A stretch of DNA of 64,000 nucleotides from Phoronis australis. Its lineage: Eukaryota; Animalia; Phoronida. Made by a program: the position numbers and the translations under genes. Location: positions 351,628 through 415,627 of the forward strand of contig NMRA01000195.1 in assembly GCA_002633005.1 (NCBI GenBank), read 5' to 3'. This document shows, one piece after another, positions 11,801 to 25,156 of this stretch (position 1 is the stretch's first letter; each line of letters starts with the position of its first letter). The notes below the pieces were generated by a model. It ran no database searches. It worked only from the letters and a program-made list of their open reading frames with translations, and was not told where the DNA came from.

Positions 11801-14800
11801 GCCCGATCTTTTAGAATGCTATATTCACCCTAATAAGCGTCAGCACCGGGGTGCTTAGAAAAGTTCACTTTTGGGGGGTTGAAACCTGGTCTCCGAAATG
11901 GGTGAAACTGGAAGCTAGGATTCATCAAATTTATGCTCTGTGACGTATCTGTAACCTGTGACAGACTTTCTACAAAACTGGTGTATTGCTATCAAATTTG
12001 TTGTTAAATTAAATTTATCATTTTGCAGAAATTGTGCTGAAATCTCTTCCTCGCAATCGTCGATATGGCAACTTGAATAAACATACAGTTTCGAATGAAC
12101 AAATTACCTGAAATCCTCACTTAAGTTTTCCAAATAGTGTCCTTAAGATTTTAAATTCCTGTGGAGCCGGGATTAACAGCAGGTCAAGTCCAGATTTGGA
12201 CAACATCGTACCCCACCACACAAGAAAAATCTCTGGAAAAAACACCCATGTTGTTATCACGTGATGTTTGTTTTGAAGTAATATAGCGTCGTATATCAGT
12301 GGGAGTTATACCTTCCGGTTAACATTAGGACCTGAAATCAGGACGCCCCCCTACCAGTCATTGAAAAAGAACTCTAGAGCACAGTTCGAACTCCAACTCC
12401 AAGGTCTATGAGTAAGTCGATTTCACTCACAACATACTTTCACCGAGACCATGAAAAACGTCTTTTCAATCAACACTGTGTCTGTTCTGGAAGGCCAGAA
12501 CATTATGCGACACATTCCTTGCAAGATCACCAAAACTTCTGTGTTCTTTTTCAAGCACGGCGGAAGTTTGAAGTATATGGTCACGGCTAAATACTGACTT
12601 AGCGGCGAGGCTGGGGGTCTATAAATTCCGTGCACAATTGTTTTTTCGTGACTGCTGGATCTTGTTGATAAATTGAACACGTTACTGTAGAATGTTAGGA
12701 CTTTAGGCAAGTCATTTTTTGTATGTTCATGGCGCTTACAGGGGCATGGGTGCTTATTAGGGCGAACACGGTACATGTTTTATCTAGTGCGCTGTATTTG
12801 GAAACTCAGTGCAGGTGGCAGACAGGGTGGCTGAAAGTGGAAAAAATAATGTGATGAAGCTTATATTTTGAAGTAAATCTATCATCTGGGACAAACCACC
12901 GCCTCGAAGGCCGTTGTTGTCTTCATGAATTCATTGCTGTGTTTTTTGTGTCTACTAATTGGAACACAGATCTGTCAAGGGAAATTTATTGTTTACAGTA
13001 GTGTTGGAACTGTTGGAGAAATGACCGGAGCACTGTCGAGGATATGGTTGCACCTGCCCCGCTTCAGACAAATTTGACCATGTTGCTCCCTCTAGTGGCT
13101 TTTTAATTTTTTTTTTGTCATCCATCTCTGTGTCGACCAAAGTGGTTAAAGAATCGTGATGAAACATGGCTTGTGTTATTGTAGTTTTTAAAAAGTCTCA
13201 ACAATATTAGTCAGTAAGCTTTTCTCATTAATAAATTATTGCAAGATGTTTCTCAGGTCTAAAGGATTTCTCACAAATAATTACAAGTTGGAGAACTTAG
13301 CTTTTAAAAGTTCANNNNNNNNNNNNNNNNNNNNNNNNNNNNNNNNNNNNNNNNNNNNNNNNNNNNNNNNNNNNNNNNNNNNNNNNNNNNNNNNNNNNNN
13401 NNNNNNNNNNNNNNNNNNNNNNNNNNNNNNNNNNNNNNNNNNNNNNNNNNNNNNNNNNNNNNNNNNNNNNNNNNNNNNNNNNNNNNNNNNNNNNNNNNNN
13501 NNNNNNNNNNNNNNNNNNNNNNNNNNNNNNNNNNNNNNNNNNNNNNNNNNNNNNNNNNNNNNNNNNNNNNNNNNNNNNNNNNNNNNNNNNNNNNNNNNNN
13601 NNNNNNNNNNNNNNNNNNNNNNNNNNNNNNNNNNNNNNNNNNNNNNNNNNNNNNNNNNNNNNNNNNNNNNNNNNNNNNNNNNNNNNNNNNNNNNNNNNNN
13701 NNNNNNNNNNNNNNNNNNNNNNNNNNNNNNNNNNNNNNNNNNNNNNNNNNNNNNNNNNNNNNNNNNNNNNNNNNNNNNNNNNNNNNNNNNNNNNNNNNNN
13801 NNNNNNNNNNNNNNNNNNNNNNNNNNNNNNNNNNNNNNNNNNNNNNNNNNNNNNNNNNNNNNNNNNNNNNNNNNNNNNNNNNNNNNNNNNNNNNNNNNNN
13901 NNNNNNNNNNNNNNNNNNNNNNNNNNNNNNNNNNNNNNNNNNNNNNNNNNNNNNNNNNNNNNNNNNNNNNNNNNNNNNNNNNNNNNNNNNNNNNNNNNNN
14001 NNNNNNNNNNNNNNNNNNNNNNNNNNNNNNNNNNNNNNNNNNNNNNNNNNNNNNNNNNNNNNNNNNNNNNNNNNNNNNNNNNNNNNNNNNNNNNNNNNNN
14101 NNNNNNNNNNNNNNNNNNNNNNNNNNNNNNNNNNNNNNNNNNNNNNNNNNNNNNNNNNNNNNNNNNNNNNNNNNNNNNNNNNNNNNNATGTTCATGGCGC
14201 TTACAGGGGCATGGGTGCTTATTAGGGCGAACACGGTACATGTTTTATCTAGTGCACTGTATTTGGAAACTCAGTGCAGGTGGCAGACAGGGTGGCTGAA
14301 AGTGGAAAAAATAATGTGATGAAGCTTATATTTTGAAGTAAATCTATCATCTGGGACAAACCACCGCCTCGAAGGCCGTTGTTGTCTTCATGAATTCGTT
14401 GCTGTGTTTTTTGTGTCTACTAATTGGAGCACGGATCTGTCAAGGGAAATTTATTGTTTACAGTAGTGTTGGAACTCTTAGAGAAATGACCTTAGCACTA
14501 CCGAGGATATGGTTGCACTTGCCCCGCTTCAGACAAATTTGACCATGTTGCACCCTCTAGTGGCTTTTTAATTTTTTTGTCATCCATCTCCGTGTCCACC
14601 AAAGTGGTTAAAGAATGGTGATGAAACATGGCTTGTGTTATTGTAGTTTTTAAAAAGTCTCAACAATATTAGTCAGTAAGCTTTTCTCATTAATAAATTA
14701 TTGCAAGATGTTTCTCAAGTCTAAAGGATTTCTCACAAATAATTACAAGTTGGAGAACTTAGCTTTTAAAAGTTCAATAACAATGAGCGTATTTAGTATG

Positions 14801-17756
14801 TTGGATATTATTAAAATAGGGGATGTGCTAGGAATAGTATTGAAGATGTGAATATATTAAATGATTATTTTCAGTCCTTTCCAGCTTTAAATCCATGAGT
14901 TTTACAACGGAATTAGTTCACTGTCTTCTTAAAAATGTTTTATACCCATGTTGTATGACAACAACATTGTGATCACAGACTTATCAGTAAACACGACAAA
15001 ACACAATTACAGTAAAAATTCTCCAATTTGGGACAGTTTCTAGAATTTGAGACACAGAAACTCCCTCAAAAATGATTTTTTTGAGTCTGAAATTTGGGAC
15101 TAGGGCGATTTGGCGTTCATTGTATTTTCTCAAATTTCGGACAATGTCTTTCCAACCTACAGAGTGAGTAATTCTGCTGTTTTTCCAATAATTCTTGAAT
15201 TTGTGATTTCTAATATTTCCTGTTTCTAAAATTTGGTTTTTCTAGACAAAAAGTATTTCCTGTTTCTAGAATATGGGACAAGCTCCGACCTTGAGCAAAA
15301 TAATCACCGACACAAATTGGAGAATTTTTATGGTAGTACTTACGGTTTGTATCCAAGACTTTAGGGGGAGCAAATGTAACCTCTACGTTTGTTAAATACC
15401 CGTTCTTATACAAAAGCCCTGATGGTGTCGATGGTGGTTACACTCTTGTTAATGTAACAATACCTCCTGTTCTAAATTCTGTCCTGGATTTTGACTTATG
15501 ATTATATTTTTATGGCGTTTATTACGTACTTCAACAGATAAAACCTGCTGTTCTACTTTGTCCCTTTGAACTCATCTTTGTTCTTAAGTCCAGTTATCAA
15601 GGAAGCCAAAGTCTGTTGTCAATTTTATACCACCCTTGTCTTGCACAGGGACAGTTTATCTCTACATAGCAGCAGTTTACTGCCTTGGGAAATTTTAGAA
15701 GTACTACATGTCAGGAGAGTGACATACATTCATGTCACGTACCAGCAAATGGCCGAGATGGTATTTATGATACCAATGTTTTTCTATATCTAGAACTACT
15801 TATCATCTAGTCATGATTACTATGTACATGTAATTTAATGGCTGAGATTTTACGTTATCATTTCTCTTTTGTTCAAGGTTGGAGCTTGTCCCAGATGCTA
15901 CAAATAGGCAATTTGGGCCATCCTAGATTCAAGAATCTCCAGAAAGACTGGAAAATTACCCACTCTGTAGATTGAAAACATATTGCCAGAAATTTGAGAA
16001 ATAATGTGAATGCCAAAATTGCCCTTGACTAAATTACGGAATCAAGAAAATTTTTGTGGGAGTCTCACTGTCCCAAATTCTTGAGACTGTCCCAAATTGG
16101 ACAATTTTCACTGTACTTGGTTCCACTCTTTTGTTGTAATGTCATTCTCTGTTCTTATAAAAGGCTTATCTTAGATTTCAAAATAAAGTGGACAAAGTCG
16201 AAATTTGATGAGGTTTCAACACACTCTCCTATGACTAGATGGTCCTTTTCTTTTCTGCTAGAACTCAATACTAACAAAATTTAGCCAGTCTCTACAGGTT
16301 TTGCTCCAGGCACTTTATCGAAATGGCAACAAATTACCTTACAAGTCCATTTACAAATTACGTTTATTTCACAAATAATCAACTAGCGACTATTTCTCAC
16401 TTATCTTCTGTGCTGTAAGGAAGATCATCATATCAGATCGCCCCTGGCTTCCAATTTCTTGCAGACATGGCAATTTGCTTTCTATTTTTACCCACACTTT
16501 AAACAGGTATTCAATTATTAGATACACAAGAATATCAATCCTTTTCCCAGTCCGATTTATGGATACAATTTCTTGCCTTTTTCATCTCAAGAACGGTACA
16601 GGAATGCCGAGTCATGTAAGAATCTTTGGTTGGGTACTACTAATTGATTGACAGGAAGCTGTAGTTCAACTCACAGCAGCGCCCCCTATGTTACTTTTTC
16701 TCTTACTCTTATAAATACTGACAATAGGAGGGGCTAAAGCATGTTAGTGCAAATAAATGTGAAATGGTGACTTCATGCACAGGCAAATGATATTTAACAC
16801 GTCAGCGTTAAGTTCCAAGCAAATTCAAAAATTTCAAGCTACCTCAGCGCCACATATGGATAAGTAGACGAAGCACAATACGTACCTGCGGGCAGGCTAA
16901 CAAGCATGACATCAGGAACAGGCTCACAACTTGAGAGACACAGAACAGGCATTTCAGTTAATTCAACTATTCCCACTAATTGGTACGCCATCTGCGGGCT
17001 GGTAGATAAGGAACATGGTGTTAGAAACAGGTTCACAATTACTTAAGAGACACAAAACACACATTTCCACTAATTCAACTATTCCCACTAATCACTGCAC
17101 CATCTGCAGGCAAGTCAGTGACTCTCGGGTCTTTCTCACAATGTCAGTACTACTTCAGATGGTGCTGCAATTGGTAGAATTAGTTGAAAAGATCAGAGCT
17201 GGATAGGTTGAGATAACTCGGGATTAGTTGGACGCAATTAAAATCAACAATTCAACTATTCCTACTAATTGCTACGCCACCTGTAGACTGGTAGATAACA
17301 TACATGACATCATCTAGAGGCTCACAATTTTAGGGACACTAATTAGCATTTCAGTTAATTCAACTATTCGCACTAATCGTTGTGTCACCTGTGGGGCAGG
17401 CTGATAACAAACGTGACGTCAGCAACAGGCTTGTATGGTGATGGCAGGATAAGTTGATATAAGTTGCGATTAGTTGAGTACAACTAAACATTCTTAAATG
17501 TATGGGAATGTCAGTCTCATGTTGCTCATTCTGCAACTCAAGGTCTCATTGTTAATTAGTTATGAATTGCTCTTTGCAGCGTTCAATTTTGGGTAAAAAT
17601 CCGTTTGTTTTCTGTAAGGTCTTTCATGTATATCTTGTTGTTTGTGAATTTAGTTTTATGACTAAAACTCTTTATATTCTGTTGCAGGATTTCAATGAGA
17701 AATTGAGCAATCTTACTGAACATTATGACATTCCTAAAGTCAGTTGGACTAAGTAG
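5815..17756 (+). CDS. FAM32A: Protein FAM32A (113 aa, 3 exons)
   Basis: Exons 5815-5885 (MSAYDKVAGGTLKLKGVADSGIK), 9445-9646 (KKKKKKNREK...KRTKAEIAFEKVKEKR...ASKSHKERIM) and 17688-17756 (DFNEKLSNLTEHYDIPKVSWTK*). GT-AG, phases 2 and 0 join in frame. The LKLKG and TEHYDIPKVSWTK motifs are typical of FAM32A. Confidence 0.95.
6175..6333. mobile_element. MITE with CA..TG ends and 5-bp TSD
   Basis: TIR cataggcggatcc / ggatccgcccctg; TSD CTACG at 6170-6174 and 6334-6338. Confidence 0.8.
6450..6705. repeat. Array of short palindromic units (ttaaaccaggtttaa), probably a truncated DNA-transposon end
   Basis: Multiple (t)aaacc(a/t)ggt(t/c)taa units and two aaccacctttatgaaat copies. Confidence 0.5.
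7000..7750. mobile_element. Dispersed repeat with terminal hairpins, copy 1 (copy 2 at ~46205-46880)
   Basis: Shared blocks atacagctaggtacc, catgcaaaatctgggagtcaaccgacac, ctccacaactttagc and cccacatca..gcaaagctgtat. Terminal hairpin gcaaagctgtat...atacagctttgc. Confidence 0.7.
7851..8672. mobile_element. Non-autonomous DNA transposon with ~100-bp imperfect TIRs (inverted copy at ~36055-36797)
   Basis: ggttattgtttacaat...catacttgatatt...tgattccaaaaatgcattac vs gtaatacattttggaatca...atatcaagtatg...attgtaaacaattaccc. The interior is shared with 36055-36797 on the opposite strand. Confidence 0.75.
10914..11483. mobile_element. MITE with 3-bp TGA TSD (PIF/Harbinger-like)
   Basis: TIR gggctgttccagcaaaatctgtgtgggaggggg / ccccctcccatacagattttactggcacagccc; TGA on both flanks. 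Confidence 0.75.
11819..12771. mobile_element. Tc1/mariner (pogo/Tigger-like) non-autonomous element
   Basis: ctatattcaccctaataagc vs gcttattagggcgaacacgg|ta; TA present at the right end, left end decayed. Confidence 0.5.
12723..14776. other. Assembly gap (13315-14187) flanked by a near-identical ~590-bp direct duplication
   Basis: 12723-13314 ends exactly at the gap; 14188-14776 starts exactly after it with the same sequence plus scattered substitutions. Confidence 0.9.
15010..16113. mobile_element. Tc1/mariner-type non-autonomous element, TA TSD
   Basis: ta|cagtaaaaattctccaatttgggacagtttctagaattt ... aaattcttgagactgtcccaaattggacaattttcactg|ta. Confidence 0.8.
16850..17485. repeat. Degenerate ~110-bp tandem repeat with inverted sub-units
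   Basis: aattcaactattc(c/g)(c/t)actaat at ~16960, ~17071, ~17249 and ~17357; inverted attagttg motifs at ~17180, ~17223 and ~17469. Confidence 0.6.
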
Positions 17757-17923
17757 CACACAGGCATCTCCAGGGACACAGTGTTGTGTTGCAAATTCCA
17801 GGCATCTGGGAACTGTGTATTGAAGATGACCCTTCTTGTGAGAATTGAATGCTGTTGATCACCATTCACAAACTTACCGTTAAATGGTGGGCTCTGTCGT
17901 ACCTTTGGAGAGAACTCAAGCTA

Positions 17924-18100
17924 TCAACTGTTTACTACACTTGGCATCGAGTAGTTCTAGTTGACTGGTTTGACTAGTGAGACATAGGTGGAAGACTCAA
18001 TAATAACCTCAACTGTTTACTACACTTGGCATCGAGTAGTTCTAGTTGACTGGTTTGACTAGTGAGACATAGGTGGAAGACTCAATAATAACCTCAACTG
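17924..18100 (+). repeat. Perfect 85-bp tandem duplication in the FAM32A 3'UTR
   Basis: tcaactgtttactacacttggc...ctcaataataacc twice, followed by a third tcaactg. Confidence 0.9.
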
Positions 18101-19681
18101 AGATTTGTCTTAGTCAGTAGTGACACCACCTACGTTCCCGGTGACTTTTTATGTCAAAAATACCCAGCAGTTCAGTTGGATACGCACAACAGCAAGATAA
18201 CTGATTTTGCCCAGTGTTGTCTGAGAACTCTTCTTATGCTGGAATTCAATGCACATTGCTATTCTTGAAAAAACGTAATGGAGACAGACATGTAAATATG
18301 TATCACTTTACTGAGGTCCATGTCAGTGCGTCATCAAACCACAGTGTAGTTTTTCCATTTGATTTTATCGTTGGGTTTTCCTGTGTTAGGTGATTTATGA
18401 GATACCAGTGCACATACTCTTGTGGTAATTATTAAGTCTTATAGGCTTGTTGGCAAGCTTGGTCATATTTCTGGAAACTGGTCTGGTGAATGTACATTTC
18501 AGTTCAGTGCATAGTATTTGTATCAAATCGTGTGATCTTGTGACACGTGAATAAGCTGTATATGACCAGGAATTTGTGAAATGTTATGACCTATCAAGGT
18601 CGGATGTGTTGTTGGGATTAAAATTTCATTGCTATGAGTCATAAAATTCCGAGAATTTGTATTGTTGCACCTCTACAGACTGTTCATTTCCTTGTTAGTC
18701 GTAGCAGGACGTTGTTCTAGGGGAAAAGCCGAGTCTGTTCCATTGACATAATTCTGCAGTAGGATTTGGAAATCCCATAACATCACAAAATCAGGTGGGA
18801 GTTAAAGGCGAGTGGCTGACACTGATGTTATCGATCAGTAAAGCTGGACTGTGGAACTATGGGAGACAATTGCAGGTTTTACCCACAATTTCTGTTGAAT
18901 AAGCCCAGAGTTCTAGAGGGAAGTTTCTCACCAGTGTTTCATGCTAGAGAACTTGCCCAGTCTTAACTTGGATACAGTTTTGTAGATCACACAAGGATCT
19001 CTCAAAGGAAGCTAGTATGATCACGTTCTTCGGTTGTAATACATGGCGATACCTTGCGTTTTTGTGAGATCCACGCCTCCAAGGCCCGTATGCCTGAAGA
19101 CTTAACAACTGTGTTTGTGTAAGATCACTTACCAGTCAAGCTCGGGCATGTTTGGTTAGTTTCTGGTGAATGATTGTTACCAGTACGTTGACGACTCTAA
19201 CCAGGAAATGTGATCCTGACGATATGTATGGCATTTTGAATTGTCTTGAATGAACAGAGTTGCCTGTCAATGATATCTGGTACAGACTTATTTGAAGGGC
19301 CTAGTGCAGGACACTTTTGACCCAGTCAATGCATGCTGAGTTTTCAGGAGCCTGCATGCCTTGCTTATTTTAATTGGCATTGTTGCTCCGTTGGTAACCT
19401 GCTGCAATGCATTGTACATGCTAGAACTTGAAAAACTGAAAGTCCACAAAAGTTTTTGCTGGAAATGTCATGTAATGTGGGAACTGAGTATGAGTGTTAT
19501 GTACATGTAATATTATTACAGTGAATGAGATACTGGGTGTTTTCAGGACATCCTGTACTGGGTCACTAGATTTGTACAAGTCCAGCTATTGTCAAAAGGC
19601 CTACATGTATTGTGGAGTAGAGCAATTTTTGTAATGTATTTTATCTGAGCTGTATTGATGAAGCAAAATAGTGACACATAA

Positions 19682-19687
19682 AAATAA
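19682..19687 (+). terminator. Candidate polyadenylation signal of FAM32A
   Basis: AATAAA ~1.9 kb after the stop codon, following a T/G-rich UTR-like stretch. Confidence 0.35.
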
Positions 19688-22610
19688 ATATTACATCAAT
19701 ATATTCTGGTATACATTACACAGTTAGTGTTAATACATTAGCATATGAAAGACTTAACAAAAAGCACCCAAAAGGATGGATATAATAAAAAATTTCAAAA
19801 CATGAACAAACAAATTCAGGCTTGTAATAAATGCGCCATAAGATACCAGTTTGTATCATGAGCAGGTGCATGGTACAGCACGCGTAGCAAGTGATATTTC
19901 ACTATAGGCGCGTGTGCATTGCTCAGTTCATATGCAGCACTTTTACACATTTGGGTTAACATACACAATTCGCAAACCTACACCCGGGTGTAGAGGGGAA
20001 CAAAAGCAATATTTGCGATCCATACTGTATACATTTCGCGGCGAAGTCGACGGAAGGAAAGTTTGCTATAAGAACCTTCTAGAATAACTGGCTTAAATCT
20101 GGGTAGCTTTGAAGCTCGGGTATCGATACTTACGGTATTGATTTGGCAAACGGCAAGTGTGGATATAGTAAGAAAAACCGTTGGACTAGGGCCAGATGGC
20201 CATCTTTAGGTCTAATCATTTTGCCAATTGTTTCGCGAACGTATTGCGGATCTAAGTTGTAATGAATGCGTGAAGGTCTTTGGTAATCGTGCCTGGCGGA
20301 ATACAAAACCAAGTAGTTTCCTGTTCTTAGTGCATACGTGACATTAGCACAGTCACAACCGATCAGCCAGAGGTCACGTTGCACAAAATTTCCACAAGGC
20401 CATCACTTGAATGATAAAGTTGGGATTTCCCAATTGCGGCGGTTTACTACCAATGGTCGCGTCCGAGATATTTGTACTAGGTTTTTGTTTCAGTTACATG
20501 GTTCCAGTATTCGAGTATTTATACGTTATTTGATGTGCTATTACCGATACTGAATACACCATTAGTGATGTAAACACGTGATGGCTTGACCGGGCCGCGT
20601 ATGGATTCTGTACCTCTTAAGTGTTGGGTGCATATCCAGTGAAACCGTGGCATGTAAAAAGCCTGAAAGTTTCACGCAGCAGCATACCAAACCGCACATG
20701 ACAACCGAAGATCTTTTGACTTTCAAGGTGAAGTGACCCTGCTTTAAGAGATGAGATCAATTTTGTAATGGCACTTTTGGCGGACTAGTCTTGCTTTTAC
20801 ACACAGTTTTCCTCGCTCAGGGACCGCGCGAGTGTTATCATCAACACATCATTCTTTGCGCATGAATACAGTTCTCCTCTCGCAACCTGTATATTTTCGC
20901 CGGCACTGCCATGACACATGTTCATTAGCAGTAGTTTTATTCAGTTCCTATATTAGGCATAGATACATACAATCAGACATCTTAAACCTGTCCGAGTCAG
21001 TGAAAAGAACTCTTGATTCGAGTGGAAAGATAGAAACAGAAAAAAAAACAACAGAATTGCAGTGCTAGAGAAAAGAAAAAATCAAAAAGGGACGTTGTTG
21101 ATGAGATTACAGGTGCTTTCGTGAGAGAGAAATTGTGTAACCAAAATGCTGAGGTGTATCTGTTTCCTCTAGAGGGTTCACTACAAACGGTATGTATGGG
21201 ACAAGGAAGGGTTTGGTGGAGAGTAGCAATGAGCGTCACAACTCGGCGAACGAGACATACCGACGCGGCGGTGAAAATCGACATCGACGTTAGTGTGTGA
21301 TTTTACACCATTGTTAGTCATGGTAAGGACACTTTTGATGAAAGTTATCCAGTATAGCTATGATGTGTGCCAATAAACGTCAGTCAGCCTCGGCTGCTCC
21401 AAGCCAAATGAGTTGTTGAGCAATTTCTGTCGGAAGAACGTTGTCTGTTCTCAATTGTTGCAGGCGGCGACCAATCAGTTGCCGGAGACGTATTACGCAC
21501 AGTCTCTCAAGTTTTTTCGGATACCCTGTCGACAAATAAAGAAATGAAGTACAATGGATTTCTTTTCCAGTCACTGGAATAAGGAAATGCGTTAATTAAG
21601 CCCGTCCAATTGTCCTTACAGTGCCACCAAGGCTGTGTATTCAGAGTCACTTATCTTACTCGAATCAGATTCTCCGAAAGCAGAAATTGTGCAACATTTC
21701 ATTTCTGAATTGTATCCGATGTAGGACCTACGGTCTGCCCTTTCTTGGACCTCCTGGCTTTGTTTATATAAACAATTATGCAAAATGTGCTTTCATGTGA
21801 CAAAAACAAAGTTTTCTCATGTGATTATTGAAGGTGAAATTAAAAATTGTCAAGTTTATTTTTGTTTTATGCGAATCTCAAGGTTTTCAATCTTCGACAG
21901 AGTAAAGCCTTTTGGAGATCTGTGCGTAAGTCACAGGCAGTAAATTTAGAGAGATGCTGTTCAGAAGAAAGTCGTATTTTCCGGCAGGAGTTACTCTTCA
22001 GTGCGAAATTTGAAATGTCCTGTGATTGAACTGGACACCGAGATTTTTGTTGACTCGTATGCTGAAAAGGTTGGGTACTTGTTTGCAGTAGCTGGTACAA
22101 AATGAAGTTCTATAACGGTAACGAAAACAAACAGAATTTGTTTGGTCATGTAGCTTAATTTTGATTCAGTTCTATTTGACAGCTAACGGTGCCAAGCAGC
22201 AAAAGTTTCTCCTGAGACGAGTTACCCGAGTTTTGCTCTCTGGCGGTTGGGAATGATCAGCCTTGGCTGGCGTCAGCACTGACTTCAGGTTTTGAGCCCT
22301 GTCACTCAGCGGGAGACAGTTAATAAGTGTCTTTCGTGTCCAATTTGGTTATACATGTAGCTGTCCACTGATAAGTTTTAATTCGCGCTTTCACGGACGC
22401 TACAAACTTGTTTTTGCCATCGTCTAAAGGAAGTACTTGTCAGTAACTTCAAATGAAAAAAATGTCCATTTATGAGAGGATCACATTAATTTGAAGAGTG
22501 AAAGTCACGGAACCAGCACAATGCGTTCTGTTCTGCTTGTAAACTGCTTTCCAGAGAAACTCGAAACCCCCAGGGTTTACTAATTTGTGTGACTGAAGTA
22601 GGCATGATAT

Positions 22611-23007
22611 GGGTGAACTTGGAATCCTGCTTAATCTCAAGATCGCGTATGCGTGAACTTAGAATTGAATTCCCATTTTTGTAATCAGGTGATTTTTTGT
22701 TCAGCGTTAAGAATTTTTGTAATTATTGGCCTCATGATCACCCATTTTCTCCTTTAGCGTAACTTGAGTCAAAGAATCGGAATATGTTCAGTGTTGAATC
22801 AATTATTCCTTGGTGAATAAGATCGTCAATAGTTGAAAAGGATTGGTTAAAATTTACGTTATTTTATCAACATGTTATTCGATTTAGTGAAATGCAAATT
22901 TTTATCAACGTGAACGTGATTTTTTGAGTGAACCTGTCAAGTTCCCTCGTGTATTCCAAGTTCACGCATACGCGATCTTGAGATTAAGCAACATTCCAAG
23001 TTCACTT
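22611..23007. mobile_element. MITE with ~50-bp TIRs
   Basis: gtgaacttggaat..tgcttaatctcaagatcgcgtatgcgtgaactt vs aagttcacgcatacgcgatcttgagattaagca..attccaagttcac. Confidence 0.8.
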
Positions 23008-25156
23008 AGCTATGAACAGGAGGAAACGGAGTTTTAGTTATTGCATGAACAGGTCCTGTCGAGTAGATTAGATCGCTACCAGTGCAGTTGTCAACCATTC
23101 ATTTATAATGAATTGAATCCAGGAAGATCTTGCACTGTTATTAGTATACCCGGTACTAAGGAATTCAGTCTTACTTCGAATATTCACCAATCCGAAGGCT
23201 CACTACTCCAAAAAATGTCTAAAATTTCTGACTCAGATGTAACTGTTATACTTTTACATGTAAAAATAAGCAACACTTCGGTTATTAGATGCAACTATAC
23301 TGACAACAATACACCCGGCTAATAAATCACTTTGTTTGGATTCAGTTTCATGTGCATGTGAAATTGTCCGCATCCTTACGAATGAGTACCTACTTGCATT
23401 TCTAAAAGAATATGAAGTAGGAATGTTGATGAATTATCAACCACGATGCATGCATTAATCCCATGTTAAGATCGCATCATCTCACAGCGCGACAGAAAAG
23501 CCGGTTTAGGGTCGCTGCGCTTCAACCTCACTCACCGGAGCTACTCGCACGGCCAGGTCAAAATTAAATGTAGTTACAGTAAGCTACCCTGTCCTGCCAG
23601 TCTTTTACGAAGTCTCATTCAGCCTTCTAGAGTTTAAAACCGCCGTTGGTCGCCGCATCCCGGACCCGTGCCCCAGATGTTGTCCCTAATTGAGAATGAG
23701 TCTTTAGTTAGATTCAAGAATGTGACGATTGCCAGTGATTGGAATTACTGAGCTCTTTTGCAAACAATGTAAATCAATCTTTTCGGGACTATTCAACTCT
23801 TACACACCCTTTAAATGGTTACCATGGCCACAACTACGATACCTTATTCATTTTCAGTTCTGAATCATTAGTAGAAAATTAGAATAATGAACTGTCGGAG
23901 TTCTGGTTTCGGAATTGTGGGATTCAGGAAGTGGTGAACTTTCGAAGGTAGCGACTGAACCTTCGCAGTAGTGAGCCTTCGGTCATGTACATGTTATCTT
24001 GGAAATCTTTTCCATCAAAACTGTTGCTCGTATGAAATCTGCGAGGCTGTGCACCATTGACATTGTTTGACAAGAGAAGTCTTTCTCCATTGACCAAAGT
24101 TTTAGTTAGGTCTAGACATACCTCAATGTGAACATGCGGGGATTTCTCAGTGCAAGAAAACGCGGTAGCTAAATGTCTGATTTTTGAGAAACGACAGAGT
24201 AGTCAATGAACTGAATTTAAAAGAACGGAAACGCACACTCGTGTACAACCTGTACACGCATGCAAGAGTCAATCCACCAATCCGTAATCAAAGTGAACAC
24301 TTGATGATCAAGATATTTGGCGATCACTTTCAATTCGAAATTTGAAAATGCCTGGACTTTATCCATACTATGCTAAAAAGTACACCAAAGTAGCCAATAA
24401 CAAACCTATTTTCTGCTGTTTTGTTCCTTGGTCGATTTTAGGGCATTCACACCGCACTACTTTTGGGGATCTCTCTGGAATCTATATAGTTTGAGCTAGG
24501 CATAGACATTTACTTCTAGACTTCCTTGTTACCCTATGGTGAAGAGACCACGCGCTTTCAATGCCGATGAATAACATAAAGCCTCGTCAAATTGTCATCT
24601 ACGCAGTCACCGCTCGGGCCGGATGCTACCGATGATTATGTGAAGCGCTTTACATCAGACTCAAATTCAAAATTACTATAAACTTGGTTATGATTGTGGT
24701 CAGTAGAACTAGTAGCTACAACAATTTTGCTGTCCATCTAGTAAATCCTATCTTATCCTATCGGATTGGCTAGGGCTGAACCTTTTCCTCGGAGGGTGTT
24801 CGATTGAACCCCGCGACCCCCCCGCCTACGGGCCTGTACCATATTTGTAATACTCCTACTTAGTCAATGTTTAACATCTTCTTTTTAATCCATAACCCTT
24901 AACTGTAGATTCTCCGAATTCTGCTTCTGATCAAACAAAACGGTTTCTACTGAAATGCGTCTTCAAAAACATGATGACGCCCCGGCTTCTGTTTTTGCTT
25001 TAATATGTTCTATTAAGCCACGGACGATAGAAATACGGTTGCCTAAATTTAAAGAAAAAAAACAACAGAGATTAGATTTCTGTTTCGAAAGGTTATGATT
25101 CACAAACAAAATCAAAATAATAAAAAAGAAATCCTGTTCTCAAGAAAAGAACTGTG

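Noticed and set aside
13246-14319. Three ORFs longer than 300 aa
   Set aside because: They are translations of the N gap.
12723-14776. Possible LTR pair or real tandem duplication
   Set aside because: Both copies abut the gap exactly, with no TG..CA ends, PBS or PPT; typical of unmerged contig or haplotype overlap.
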